DNA from: Camelus dromedarius
Taxonomy: Eukaryota
DNA: 64,000 bases
Assembly (NCBI RefSeq): GCF_036321535.1
Contig: NC_087437.1
Span: 27,964,001-28,028,000 of the forward strand
Direction of reading: 5' to 3'
Shown here: piece after piece, positions 27,294 to 39,926 of the stretch
Position numbering within the stretch: position 1 is the first letter of the stretch
Layout of the letters: each line of letters begins with the position of its first letter
Program-made: the position numbers and the translations under genes
Notes under the pieces: generated by a model
What the model was told of the DNA's origin: nothing
Database searches by the model: none
What the model saw: only the letters and a program-made list of their open reading frames with translations

Positions 27294-27774
27294 GTTGTAC
27301 ATGTAAATGTATACTAAATGCTCACCATTAGTTTTTATTTGCTGTCTCTCTAATAATTTGGCTGTTCAATCCTTTCTCAGTGTTTTTTGATGCTGTCACA
27401 TTAACATTCCAAAGGAGGAACTCATAGGGATGATATTTCTTGAGTTCTTGGATATTGATGGTAGTTCTCTTCAACCATTATATTTGAAATTTATTTTAAC
27501 TGGATAGAAAAATCATTGACATATTATCTGTACCTATATATATGTATATATGAAATTTTCTTTTGGCCTTAAAGTTGCTGTAAAATATCTGAAAATTTTT
27601 GATTTTTCTTTCTCCTGTAAGTTACTTGGTCATTTTTCCTTAATGTGCAAGAGATTATTATTTTTTTCTTTAACGTCTAGTAATTTTTACTAAACTATGT
27701 CTCAGTGTTATTCTGGTTTGATTTTTTTCCTCCATATGTCATTTACCTTATCAGTATCTAGTTTCAAACACACA

Positions 27775-27920
27775 TGTATATATATATTATATATATATGA
27801 ATATATATTTATATATATTTAATTTTAGGGAAATAAATAAATATATATATATATATATATAACCAGGGAGAAGGATATATATATTCTTCTGAATATATAT
27901 GTGTGTGTGTGTATATATAT
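27775..27920. repeat. Imperfect (TA)n/(TG)n low-complexity tract
   Basis: Directly visible. Confidence 0.85.
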
Positions 27921-28264
27921 AATTTCAGGGAAATCTTGAATTATAGTTTTTAGTAATTGTTCCATTCTCTTGCTTTAGTTTTTCTTTATTTCATAATATC
28001 TGTTGGATGTTCTTTCCCTGTGTTCTTTTTTTTGTTGTTGGTTTTAAAACATCATTTTAATCTTGTTCCTAATCTCTTCTTCATATTTACCTTTAACATT
28101 TACATTATCACCCCAAAACATTTCCTCCTGTTTCCCTTAGCTCTCACAACTACTGATCTATTCTCTAGCTCTGTGAGTTTTCCTTCCCTAGAATATCGTA
28201 TACATTTAGAATCATATAGTATGTAGCCATTAAATTCCTTTTTATTTTGAACTTTTTCCTAATT

Positions 28265-28352
28265 TTTTTTTTAAATGGAGATACTGGGGATTGAGCCCAG
28301 GACTTTGTGCATACTAGGCATGCACTCAACCACTGAGCTGTACCTTCCCCAC
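28265..28352 (-). mobile_element. tRNA-derived SINE (Vic-1-like, short form)
   Basis: ggggattgagcccaggactttgtgcatactaggcatgcactcaaccactgagct; TSD core TTTCCTAATTTT on both sides. Confidence 0.82.
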
Positions 28353-29403
28353 CTTTCCTAATTTTCAAGCTATATTTCCCCTATGACATTATTTGTATTC
28401 TTTGTTCTCCTTTGTGTTCATTCTGATCTAGTCTTCATTTTTGAAATGTCTTGTTTTATGTTGTTTTCTGAATTATTTCTTGATGTTATTAATTGATTTT
28501 TGAGTTTTTATTAATTTGGGTTATGTTATTCTTTCACATTGTAGATTGTTGTCTTAATAATTTGGGGTAATTTTAAAACATTAGGATATAGTTTCCTCTG
28601 CTTTGTGGGTAAGTTTTTCTGTTATGCTTTCATTGCCTGTAGAGAGGTTAATCTGCTTCTTATTATGCTTGCTCTTATATTAAATCTGAGTAACATTTAA
28701 CTCTAGTCATTTTCTGATGCTCATTTTTACATGAAATTAGTTATCTTAAGGTTTAGAAGGGAAGAAATGATTTTGTTTTCTAACTTTGACTCTTGAGCTC
28801 CCTCTTCTGTTGTTCTTGTGAAACATTCCATTTTTCCCCAACCATTTAATCTGCATCATCTTTTTCTCTGTCCTGCTCAATTAGGGTTTTATTCCCAGCA
28901 GTTTCTTCTCAGTGTGGAGCTCTGTCCTGGAAGAGGCCTTGATTGGTTATTGTTAGGGCTAGTAGGATTCAGCCTATTCTAGCTACTTCAGGTCAAACTG
29001 CAGATAGCTTGTACTCACCTACCAATAGGGTGTGCAAATCCCTGCCAGTTTCAACTGCTCTCCAAATTTCTTACCAAGATTTTCGGTGAATCTTTGTTGG
29101 TGAGTCCTTAGTCTATCAGATGCTCTGTTGCTCCCCTTTGCTTCCTCCCACACAGATGCTGATGCCACACAGGCCTTGGGGTTGTTGGTGGATTATACTT
29201 TGGGGTTGTTGGTGGATTCTCATACTTGGAGAATTGTATGAATATATTCTGGCTCATATTTTGCTTCACATTATGTTGTCCATAAATTTTTTATTTTATT
29301 GCATAAATTTCTCTGTGGTTTCTCAGAGAGAGATTCGGGGATTTTCAAAAGTTATGGATCATTAGTGGAAGATTTTAATTCAATTTTTTTCAGTAACTGA
29401 TAG

Positions 29404-29999
29404 TGTTGCCAAAAGATCAGCCCTGTCCCTGATGAGCCAAACTGAAACTCAGAGACAGGGTCTTGGAGTTTAGAAGAAAAAGACCACTTTATTACTTTGC
29501 CGGGCAAAGGAGACTCGCAGCAGGCTAGTGCCTTCAAAACTATGAACCCACCTTGGGGGTGGGGTGGGGTGGTTATCTAGCCATAGCTCAAACAATAAAA
29601 CATCTATAACAATCAACAGAACCATTTTCTCATCATAAGACTTAAAAGTGGTGTCATGATGCCTCCAGGTGACCAATTCTGTAGCGGCTAGTGATTGTCA
29701 CTTTTTTGATCTCTTTGTCTTGTAAGCCCCCAAGATGTGGTCTTCTTGGTAATTCAGGCTGTTCTGTAAGTTTACAGTTCTATGAACTTCTCCCTGGAGA
29801 ACAACTCAGAAACCAAGTATGATTATTACTTTCAATTACTGGAATAAAGTAAAAACAGTAAAATTAATAGCTTTATTTTAACAACAGGCCTGGAGCTATG
29901 AGTTGCAGCTAGTCAGTCAGGTTAGTTGACCGTTTTAAGGTCAAGCGTAAGAATAAGCAGTCTGTTCCTAAATGCGGCCATCTTATTAATTCTCCTTCA
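29404..29999 (-). mobile_element. Solo ERV1-type LTR (copy A)
   Basis: TG...CA ends, perfect TSD ATAG at 29400-29403 and 30000-30003. Confidence 0.88.
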
Positions 30000-31991
30000 A
30001 TAGAAGAAAAATAGAAATTAGTAAGCAGAGAAGATTTCAACAAGTTAACTAAAATGATTTAAATTACAAATATTAATCCTAGTAACAAATAATGGCATAA
30101 TACACATTCTTTTCAAGTACATATGGAACATTAAAAAATATTAATGGCCATAAAGCAATTACTATCAAATTTAAAATTATGGAAACCATATAAGAGAATA
30201 TTTTCTGATTACAGTGGTTAGGCTAGAAGATAATAACATGATAATTAGAAAATCCCATATGTTTTTAGGTAACAAACACGTTACTAAATAACTTATGATC
30301 AAAAAGATAATTCACTATAAAAATTAGAAACACCTTGAATTGAATGATACTGAAAAACATATATATCAAGACTTGTGGGATGCTCGCCAGTGGAGGCTTA
30401 AGGGAGGAGTAAGGGGTAAAGCTGATAAAGCTGATCACCTAGTGCTCAGAGGGCCCAGGGCAGTTTCTGCCAGAGGGAGAAGCTGAGACATGTAAGGGAG
30501 TCAAACCCACCCAAAAGTAAGTTCTTGGGGAGCTAAGAAGCAACACACATCCAATCCATCACATTGCCCTCAGAAAGTTGTTCAGATCTTGTCTGGGTTA
30601 GGCTACCAAATTAACAAAGGGAAACTATGCCTTAAAGTCCAAATAGCTCCCAGATGGACAGCCGCTCAACTGGAACTCTAGCTGGCTTCATGTACAATTG
30701 GAATGAAGCCAGTGCTTGCAGGCACTTACCCCTTAAATGGCCAGGATGGAGCTTTTTTGACCTTCTAAAACTATAGAGGAGTTGGCTTGATAAAGTATTT
30801 TCAAAATTCTGGTCGTGAGAGAACAAAAGTATTCCCAGAAGAAAGCTTGAAGTTATAACTTTTATCGTATCCTTGAAATATAAACACAGCCCTCATCTCC
30901 TGGGACTACAACCTTGGCTCAATTAGTAGATCTGAAAACTAAAAGAAAAAAAAGGAGAAAGAGACTTTTTAAACTCAAGCAGGAAAACTATGAGGTCTCT
31001 GTCTGTGTCTATCTGGATGTATGTATGTCTGTGTATACTTTATAGATATGCAATGCCCCTACCTCCAGATGGTGTCATCAAAATTTATTTTTAAAAGCTT
31101 TACTTAATTGACTAAAAGTAAGCATTTAACGTATGAAATATTTCTAAATGTAACTTAAATTAGTCCAAATTTTAAAAGGATCACCTGATGTAGGATTAAT
31201 CATTAATGAATGAAAAAAGTTTAAATTGATGGTTTAATTAATATACACACATCTTTAGAGTCATCGGCAGTAAGTATGATTCTTTTATTATACCTAGGTT
31301 TATTGAGCTCATGTTATCTCTGTTACAGACTTTGTCAGTGAGAAAATTAACTTGGTATGATTATATTTTCATAAGTTATAAAATAAAGATAAATGAGATA
31401 AAAGCTTTAGGGTAAAGTCTTTAAAAATAATCATTTTTTTTGGTATGTCTACTTAAAAACAGTTTCTCCAGTTTTTTGTAAATTGAAACTTTCGAGTTCT
31501 GCTAAATTAAATGATGGAAATTCACTGAATATCTAGATTATCTTTAATACAAAACATTGATTGTTAAAGAAGTCTATGTTTACCTATTTTTGACCTTATT
31601 ACAGAGAAACTAAATATGTTTGAGACTATTAATAAATATGTTTTGTGCTTTATTGAAAGCTTGTACTATGAAATGTCATGTATTTCTAGAAATTAATTTT
31701 AAAAACAGAACCCTGAGAAAACAGTTTCATGCAAGGTTAGGTCTACTTAAGACTAGATTCAATTTAATTAAATGAATGATTGTAACACTAAACATGAAAT
31801 GGTGCAAAACTAGAGTTTGTTTTTTCTCTGTTAAGGGGACAAAGTGTTTTTTGAAATATTTGTCTGCTTTTAATAACAAATTGTAAAGTTTCTTTACTTC
31901 TTAGGCAATCTGTTTCAAAGATTGCCTTTGCAATCTTTTATTGTCATTTTGATTAAGTGAATAAATATTGCTTCACAGTGACTTGTGAACG

Positions 31992-32554
31992 TGTTGCCGA
32001 AAGACTGGCACCGTCTGTAACAGGCCAAATAACCCAGAGACAAGGTCTTGGGGCTTAGAAGAAAAGAGGCAATTTTATTGCTTTGCTGGGCAAAGGGGAC
32101 TCACAGGAGGCTAGTGCCTTCAAACCTGTGAGCCCACCTTGGGGGTGGGGTGGGGTTGTTATATAGCTCAAACAATAAAGTATTGATAACAAGCAACAGA
32201 ATCATTTTCTCATCAGAAGACTTAGAATGGTGACATGATGCTATAGAGGCCAGTGGTTAGATCTCTTTATCTCGTAAGCACTCAAGGTGTGGTCTTCTTG
32301 GTAATTCAGGCTATTTTGTAAGGTTACAGTCCTGTAACCTTCTCCTTGGAGAAGGACTCAGAGACCAAGCTTGATTATTTCTTTCAATTACTGGAATAAA
32401 GTAGAAACAGTAAGATCAATAGCTTTAGTTTTAACAATGGGCCTGGAGCCATGAGTAGCAACCAGTCAGTCAGGTCAGTTGACCGTTTTAAGAGCAAGCA
32501 TAAGAATAAGCAATCTGTTAGCCTAAGTGCGGCCATTTTATTAATCCCCCTTCA
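31992..32554 (-). mobile_element. Solo ERV1-type LTR (copy B, same family as copy A) inside the ERV internal region
   Basis: Collinear with 29404-29999 (e.g. ggctagtgccttcaaa, tttcaattactggaataaagta). Confidence 0.85.
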
Positions 32555-32724
32555 GTCCTGCTTGGCCAAATGTTTAAAAACTTTTGGTGTCTTTGACAAA
32601 CTTCCTCAGGTCAAGTTCTTTTTTTTTTTTAATTAGAAATTTCAGGTTTATTTTTTTTTATTTTGAAAAAGACAAAAAATAAAATAAAACCCAAAACAAC
32701 CAGACATACCAACATTTATGACAT

Positions 32725-33329
32725 TGAGACAGGAAGGAGGCAGGGTACAGCCATTCAAGGAATGCCACAGCAATTGGTGGAAGATTCAACCCCCAGTAGG
32801 CCTTGAGGCTCAGGATGATGAGAGATTTAACTTCTAGCAGATCTTGAGCTTCATTATATGCCCATTGTAATATATTAACATGGTGAATAACACGCCCACA
32901 GGCACCATGGCCGTCCCAAGGCTAGCCTCAAAAGGTCAAAGGGTGGAAAATGGCCAACTTCCTGGGAATCCCAGCCCTTTCCCCTTAGACTGGTCCTTCC
33001 ACTTATTAGCATATGAAGCCTCCAAGCCCATAAAAACCAGCAACACAGCGCCTCATGGCCGCCCCTCTCTCTTTGGAGACAGCCTGCATTCTGTCTATGG
33101 AATGTGTACCTACTTCTAATCTGAACACCCAATCCCCACATCTCATGGCCTTTCTCTTGCCTTTCAATGTATCTCTCTGAATAAATCTATCTTTACTCAG
33201 CTGTGGCTCGCTCTTAAATTCTTTCCTGTGTGAAACCAAGGACCCACGCTTGGCAGGGCACGTCCCAGGGGCTCAACTGAAGCCTGGGACACAGCCCTTC
33301 TCTTGCCCCATATCTGTTTTCTTGCATCA
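32725..33329 (+). mobile_element. Solo ERV1-type LTR in the HAUS2 retrocopy 3' region
   Basis: TG...CA ends, CATAAAA TATA-like at ~33029, AATAAA at ~33180, TSD ACAT/ATAT. Confidence 0.82.
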
Positions 33330-34059
33330 ATATGATATGAAATCATGAAGAAAATCATGAAATCACATGAAGAAAAAGCTTAGTAGGATGTCTGAAACCA
33401 AGGCTGGGCTTGAACAGTTTCTTATGACTATAACTGAAAGTGTCTAGGCAATCTTCAGGAAATTAGGACTACTCTTCTATATCCCATTTATAAAGATCAG
33501 CAAAATAGGCTTCAAAACTTAGTGTTTTAGCGGGATAGTTTTTGGAAATTATCCTGTTCCCTTTTGAACAATGTCTTAACTCATCCACTATGTTGAGGTC
33601 TTCGTGTGTTAAAGAGTGTGATGAATGCAAGTGTTAGGTAGTTAGCTATGTGGGGGCACCAGGCAGATAGGTGGAGGAAAGGGAAGATAGTCTGGAAGAT
33701 GATGTTATGCATAAAGAGACTTGACTTCTTCTGAGTGAGTGACAGCAAGAAACTGACAGCCACGATTGCGCAGTAGCAGAAAGGACTTAACTGGACATGA
33801 CCCAATGTTCATTGTATTATAATTAACATTGTGGTTCAGGCTCCCCTCCCCCATGGCTTTTTCTGTATACATCATGAGTAAGGTCATGTGCAAAGGGGCC
33901 AGACATGACTAAGTATTCCAGAGGCAAGAGCTGTTAATCAATCAAGAGACCACCTCTAAGTGAGAATATAAGAGAAAGGGGAGACAAGAACCTCCGCTTT
34001 TCCTCCCTTGGGTCAGCTTGCCTCTTGTTCTTGGAGCTGTACTTTTTTATTTTTAAAGG

Positions 34060-34800
34060 AAGAGGAAAGAGTTATTATTACTTGCAGCAAGTAAGGAGAA
34101 CACCAGGAACTTTTTCCAAAGCAGTGTCTCCACAACAGCAAAGCTGGGGAAGTTTTAAGCAAAGGGTACATGCATATTCATGAAGGGACTTGAGCAGAGG
34201 AGAATTCAGCATAGAACTGGGGCAAAGGTTGACAGAGTCCAAGCTTTAGTTGATTGAAGTCACGAGGGTCATAGAAGGTCAGCATCAGTTCATCCCCCAC
34301 CTGGGTGCATGCCTTGGTTCCTGCAGATCTCAAAGATCTGTATCAGACTGTTATGTATATTCCTTGAGGAACTAGGACTCTTTTATCACTGAACTATTGG
34401 GGTTTTTTTCTTTTTTCTTTCGATTTCTGGTGTATAGCATAATGCTTCAGTCATACATAAACATACATATATTTATTTTCACATTCTTTTTCACTGTAAG
34501 GTACTACAAGATACTGAATATAGCTCCCTGTGGTATACAGTTTAAACTTGTTTATGTTATGTATATTAATTAGTATCTGCAAATCTTGAACTCCCAACTT
34601 GTCCCTTCCCCCTCAACCATAAATTTGTTTATTGTCTGTGAGTCTGTTTCTGTTTTGTAAATAAGCTCATTTGTCTTCTTCTACTTCTTTTATTTTTTTT
34701 AGATTCCACATATAAATGATATCATATGGTATTTTTCTTTCTCTTTCTGGCTTTCTTCACTTAGAATGACAATCTCCAGACCCATCTGTGTTGCTGCATG
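34060..34800 (-). mobile_element. LTR fragment (~34060-34400) followed by an L1 3' end (~34405-34800)
   Basis: The LTR part shares ccacctgggt...gttatgtatat...tccttgagga with the LTR at 26744. The L1 part has tagattccacatataaatgatatcatatggtattttt. Confidence 0.65.
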
Positions 34801-35246
34801 TACTTTTCCTTTTTTAAATAAATCTTTTAAAATCTTTTGCTACACAACACACTGTCTTCCTACTGTAAACTTATCTTTCAGGTATGACAAGAACTGAGAT
34901 CTTTACCTTTTGGGTAACACAAGATGAGGGGAACCCAGGTGATACAGAAAATGCAATGGTATAAAAATACTGAAGCATACATTTTAAAGCAAAAGAGAAC
35001 CCCAAGACTGAAAAGAAGCCAAGCATTGTCGTACTACTGATACAAAAGAACATAACCTGAGATTAAGTATTAGTATTCTACTCCCTTTTATACGCACGAC
35101 AACCTCAGGTAGGTAAAATATCAGAGCGCTTTATAAGGTAATACCTCTAAAAGTTTTACCATCATGTGCCTTTTTTGTTGTTGTTCTGCTTTTCTTCTTT
35201 GCCTACTCCTAAAGCTGCCAGTGAACATGCTCAGGAAATGTTTTAG

Positions 35247-35791
35247 TGTGTCAGGGTCCCCAAGACTCCCCTCTCCCCCAACCCCAGGTTTGATGACATA
35301 CTTGGAGGATTCAGAGGACTCAGTATATCATTGTATTCATAGTTATGATTTATTACAGCAAAAGCATACAAAGCAAAAGAGCAAAGGGAAAAGAGGTGTA
35401 TAAGGGCAAAGTCTGGGGGAAACCAGGTACAAGCTTCTAGAATCCTCTGCTAGTGGAATCCCATAGGATGTGCTTAATTTCCCCAGCAGCTGAGTTATGA
35501 CATGTATGAAATGTCTACCACAAAAGCTCATTAAAGTTGCAGTATCAGGTTTATTACTGCAGGCTAGTCACATAGGTACCTTCTACCTAACATGTACCAA
35601 ACTTCTGGATTCCCAGGAAAAAAGCAGATGTTCAGCACAAACCACACTGTACAACCACCTTAGTCACAGCAAGCAACTCTTATCAGTGAGAGTGGAGGGA
35701 GCCCTCTTAAAATCTAACTTCCTAGATGCCGGCCAAGCCGGCTTTTCAAAGGATAGCAGCCAGGTCTGCTATGTTACACTTTTTCTGCATA
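35247..35791 (-). mobile_element. MER21-like LTR in the HAUS2 retrocopy 3' region
   Basis: tgtcagggtccccaagac...ttttctgca matches the recalled MER21 consensus; 5-bp TSD TTTAG/CTTAG. Confidence 0.8.
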
Positions 35792-36145
35792 CTTAGTGAC
35801 AATCCCACAGAAATAATCAACATTACTTTCAGATTCAAGACTCTTCTAATTCAGAAATAAACATTTCTTAAAAATGACATAAAGTCTGCTGCCTAAGGTG
35901 GTTAATGTGCTCATTAATAAATTGTCACAGCTGTATTTGAATTTTACTGAAAAATGGAATGAAAATATATGAAAAACAAAGGAAAATCCAGTTTGGTCCT
36001 AATGAACTTGGAATCTTAGTATTTCAATATAAAGAAGGCTCTTTCAGTATTGCTAGCAGCAAAGTCTATAAACACCCAGGTTACAACTGACTAAAAATGA
36101 ACTTCACAAGCCTACATATAATTTAAAAATATATACAGTTGATAA

Positions 36146-36841
36146 TCACTTGGCATTAACAGTTTGGACACTAACTTTAGAAGTAAAAAGTAAAGGAGGT
36201 ACTATAACATCATGATTATGAAGAAAATTTTCTTCAGCTAATATTTTGGGGATATTAGAGGAGACCTCCTTCTGTTGTTCTCACCAGTTGAGTATATTCT
36301 CTGCCAGTTCTTCTGTCTCAGTCACCAAAATAACCATCTTTGCTAAAGCCACGCTCATTTTCTTCATTTTGCATCTAAATGAAGGATATTTCTAATTGTT
36401 TCAAGATGATTTTCTAATCTCTCAGTGAACATGCCAACTCCAACAAATATACCATGTATCTGTGATAAATAACTTCAATAGGCAAGTTTTCTTGGCACAC
36501 GGGTTTCAATAGTCTTTGCCTGAGGGACCGCTTCTCTTTGGGCACTGCTTCTGAATGATTATTCATGCTTTGCAGAGTATGACACTTTTGAGCCAAAAAG
36601 GAGGATGGACAATATCTGCTGTATCTTTTTCTAGTCTAAGGAGTTCAGAGTTTTTCTGGTAGATTTCAGCTTGGATATCTGTGATCTGCTGTGGTCTGGA
36701 GAAGTTCACAAAACGGGAAGCTAATTTCTTAGATATGTTAAACATCTCCTGAGTGATCACCCCTGAAACCACGAAATGGCCCAGCAGTAGCCTGGCAGCA
36801 TTAGGCATGGACGCCTGGTCCCAGGGGTTTGCCACAGCCAT
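36146..36841 (-). pseudogene. HAUS2: HAUS2 (CEP27, augmin subunit) processed pseudogene, CDS portion
   Basis: Intronless. [23 protein letters not shown]...[14 protein letters not shown]...[11 protein letters not shown] / [13 protein letters not shown]...[18 protein letters not shown] / ...[14 protein letters not shown]...[11 protein letters not shown], collinear with recalled HAUS2. At least 3 frameshifts and one nonsense codon. Confidence 0.95.
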
Positions 36842-39673
36842 GGCTGGGAGCCACCATGCCCGGTGGCATGGAGAGTAAATTCTAAGTGAAGTTCTTTGAC
36901 CTCTAGCTAAATTGGGGATGCTTCACAGGGCCCCTGACCATCTCAAGGAGAGATAATAAACTAATTAGGCTTATTTGGTCTGTTAAATTATATGGGAAAC
37001 ATTGTTAAATGAGTAATAATAAACCTCCTTAAGTTATATTGTATGGTAAATATTATTAATATGAATATTCTAGAAATTATATGAAGTTCCTAAAATTAGA
37101 AATGTCTTATGTTGTCATTCATAATTCATCATTATCTTAAAATGTTGTATGTTACAGAAATAGCTAGACTTCCAAGACAATTACAATGTAGTCATGTCTT
37201 TAACCATGCTTTTTAAGTCTTTTGTCATTTATAGAGTTACTGTCTTATTCTGGTGCTTTTATAAAAATGCTTGGAGATGACTTGCTTTTATGTTCCAAAA
37301 TGAAATTAGACCTGGTAGCAAAAGGACTTCCACCTTGTGTGAGGGTTATTTCAGCAACAGCCCCTAATATTTAAGGCTACTGAAGAACCAGCAGTAGGAT
37401 CTCCTTTAACTACTGATGTCTCACACTCATTGAGTTTCTTCTAAACTCTCAGTACACTCGGCACTGTTCTGTAAGCCAGATAACTTGTTAAGAAGTATTG
37501 TTGCTTCTATTACTACCTTGGTTAGGTGTAATAACCTTAACCTTGCAACTTTGCTCCCAGTGCCACAGAAAGAAAACAGTCAATACAAGAAGCTCCTATT
37601 GATAGGGCTGATCTAATTTAATTTACGGGTAGGTCCTACTTAAGGGCTGAGCAAGGACATTACCTAGCTGGATGTGCAGTAATGTCCACAGTGAACATAA
37701 CTTAAAGCTTTTATTTACCAGAAACGAAATCAACACAAGCCAAATTAAGTAGCTGAACCTGAGTTTGTCAACTAGCTAAATACAGATAGCAAATATTTAT
37801 ACTGAAAGTCACTATGCTTTTGGAGTGGCAGACAACTTTGGAATGCTATAGAAGCAGTAAGATTTTTACCCTCTTCAGGACAACCTATTAAAAAAAAAGG
37901 AAAACAGGTTGTAGAATTATTGTTATACAACTGCCAAAACAGTTAGCAGTTATTAAAACACCAAATCTGACACTATGGAAGCCAAAGGAGATCAGCTTGC
38001 TGATGCTGCAGCCATAGAGACAGTTTTAACTACTCATCCTGTCCAGCCTTGAGAATGTCCACTACTCTCCATTAACTCTGCTAACCCCAAAAGATTTCTT
38101 TTTACCAGGGCTCAAGAAATATCCACTATAAATGGCAACAAATTGGACAATCTAGAAGAAATGGACAAGTTTCTAGAAACATATAGTGTACCAAAATGGA
38201 ATCAAGAAGAAATAGATAATTTGAACAGAGTAATCACTAGAAGTGAAGTAGAATCAGTAATTAAAAAGCAAAACAAACAAACAAAAAGCTTCCTGCAAAC
38301 AAAAATCCAAGACTGGATGGCTTCACTGGAGAATTCTACAAAACATACAAAGAGGAACTTATACCAGTTCTTCTCATACTCTTCCAAAAGATTGAAGAGG
38401 AGGGAATACTCCCAAACTCATTCTAGGAAGCCACCGTTATCCCAATACCAAAACCAGACAAAGACACTACCAAAAAAGAAAATTACAGGCCAATGTCTTT
38501 GATGAACGTAGATGCAAAAATTCTCAACAAAATATCAGCAAACCAAATCCAACAACACATAAAAAAGATAATAAACTAAGGTCAAGTTGGGTTCATCCTG
38601 GACACAGGGATGGTCAGACACACAAATCAATATGTACACTATATCAACAAAAGAAAGGAAAAAAAATCACATGATCATCTCAAAAGAAAAAGCATTTGAT
38701 AAAATTCAACATCCATTTATGATAAAAACTCTCACCAAAATGGGTATAGAGGGAACTTATCTTGACATAATGAAGCTGAAGGAGTAACCACTCCAGACTT
38801 CAGACAATATTACAGAGCTATAGGAATCAAAACAGTGTGGTATTGGCACAGAAAAAGACATACAGCTCAATGGATCAGAATAGAGAGCCTAGAAATAAAC
38901 TCACAGACCTATGGTCAATTAATCTTCGACAAAGGAGGGAAGAATATACAGTGGAGAAAAGACAGCCTCTTCAGCAAGTGGTGTTGGGAAAGTTGAGCAG
39001 CCACATGTAAATCATAAATCGCTGAAGTTAGAACACTCCCTGACATCATACACAAAATTGAACTCAAAATGGCTTAAAGACTTAAACATAAAACAAGACA
39101 CTATAAATATCCTAGAAGAAAACATAGGCAAAACGTTCTCTGACATAAATCTTAGCAGTGTTCTCCTAGAGCAGTCTACCCTGGTGATAGAAATAAGAGC
39201 AAAAATAAACAAATGGGACCTAATTAAACTTATAAGCTTTTGCACAGCAAAGGAAACCATAAGCAAAATGAAAAGAAAGCCTACGGGATGGGAGAAAATA
39301 TTTGCAAATGATGTGACTGACAAGGGCTTAATTTCCAGAATATACTGACAGCTCATACAAATCAATAACAACAAAAAAAAAATCAAAAAAGGGCAGAAGA
39401 CCTAAACAAATATTTCTCCAGTGAAGACTTACATGTGGCCAATAGGCACATGAAAAAGTGCTCAATATTGCTAACTATTAGAGAAATGCAAATCAACAGG
39501 ACAATGAAGTATCACCTCACACCAGTCAGAATGGCCATTATTAAAAAGTCCACAAATGATAAATGCTGGAGAGAGTAAAGAGAAAAGAGAACACTTCTAC
39601 ACTGTGGGAATGTATTTTGGTGCAGCCATTGTGGAAAATAGTATGGAGATTCATTAAAAAACTAAAAATAGAC

Positions 39674-39700
39674 ATGCTTGCTTTGGCAGCACATATACTG
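39674..39700 (+). pseudogene. RNU6: 3'-truncated (tailless) U6 snRNA retrocopy
   Basis: ATGCTTGCTTTGGCAGCACATATACTG vs U6 5' end GTGCTCGCTTCGGCAGCACATATACTA. Perfect 15-bp TSD AAACTAAAAATAGAC at 39659-39673 and 39701-39715. Confidence 0.9.
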
Positions 39701-39865
39701 AAACTAAAAATAGACTTACCATATGACCCAGCAACCCAACTCCTGGGCATATACCAGATAAAACTATAATTCAAAAAGATACATGCACCCCAATGTTCAT
39801 AGCAACAATAGTCAAGGCATGGAAGCAACCTAAATGTCCACTGACAGATTGACTGGATAATGATG

Positions 39866-39867
<2 letters not shown>

Positions 39868-39923
<56 letters not shown>
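39868..39923. repeat. (TG)n microsatellite
   Basis: Uninterrupted TG run of ~28 units. Confidence 0.95.

Positions 39924-39926
<3 letters not shown>

Larger units (their letters stand above)
32619..36873 (-). pseudogene. HAUS2: Full extent of the HAUS2 retrocopy including ~3.5 kb 3' UTR-derived sequence and poly(A) tail
   Basis: T12 at 32619-32630, with TTTATT (AATAAA on -) 16 nt away at 32647-32652. ERV internal-like sequence stops at 32618 and resumes at ~36875 with an AA(G/A)TTCT core on both sides. Confidence 0.7.
30383..38120 (+). mobile_element. Decayed ERV1 (gammaretrovirus-like, MER4-group style) internal region, interrupted by an LTR and the HAUS2 retrocopy
   Basis: Pol RNase H remnant ANIYTESHYAFGVADNFGML*KQ* at 37789-37860 and AKGDQLADAAA at 37981-38013. 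The upstream AT-rich leader resembles MER4-group internals. Confidence 0.75.

Noticed and set aside
29176..29230. 24-bp tandem duplication (ttggggttgttggtggatt...) as an array
   Set aside because: Two units with no spacer; an ordinary slippage duplication, not CRISPR-like.
29404..32554. Two same-family, same-orientation LTRs 2 kb apart as the ends of one provirus
   Set aside because: Copy A has its own perfect TSD (ATAG), the copies differ by many substitutions and indels, and the intervening DNA is L1 plus an opposite-strand ERV. They are independent solo LTRs.
36563..36841. Functional HAUS2 retrogene
   Set aside because: Multiple frameshifts and an internal stop; only a truncated 92-aa frame remains.
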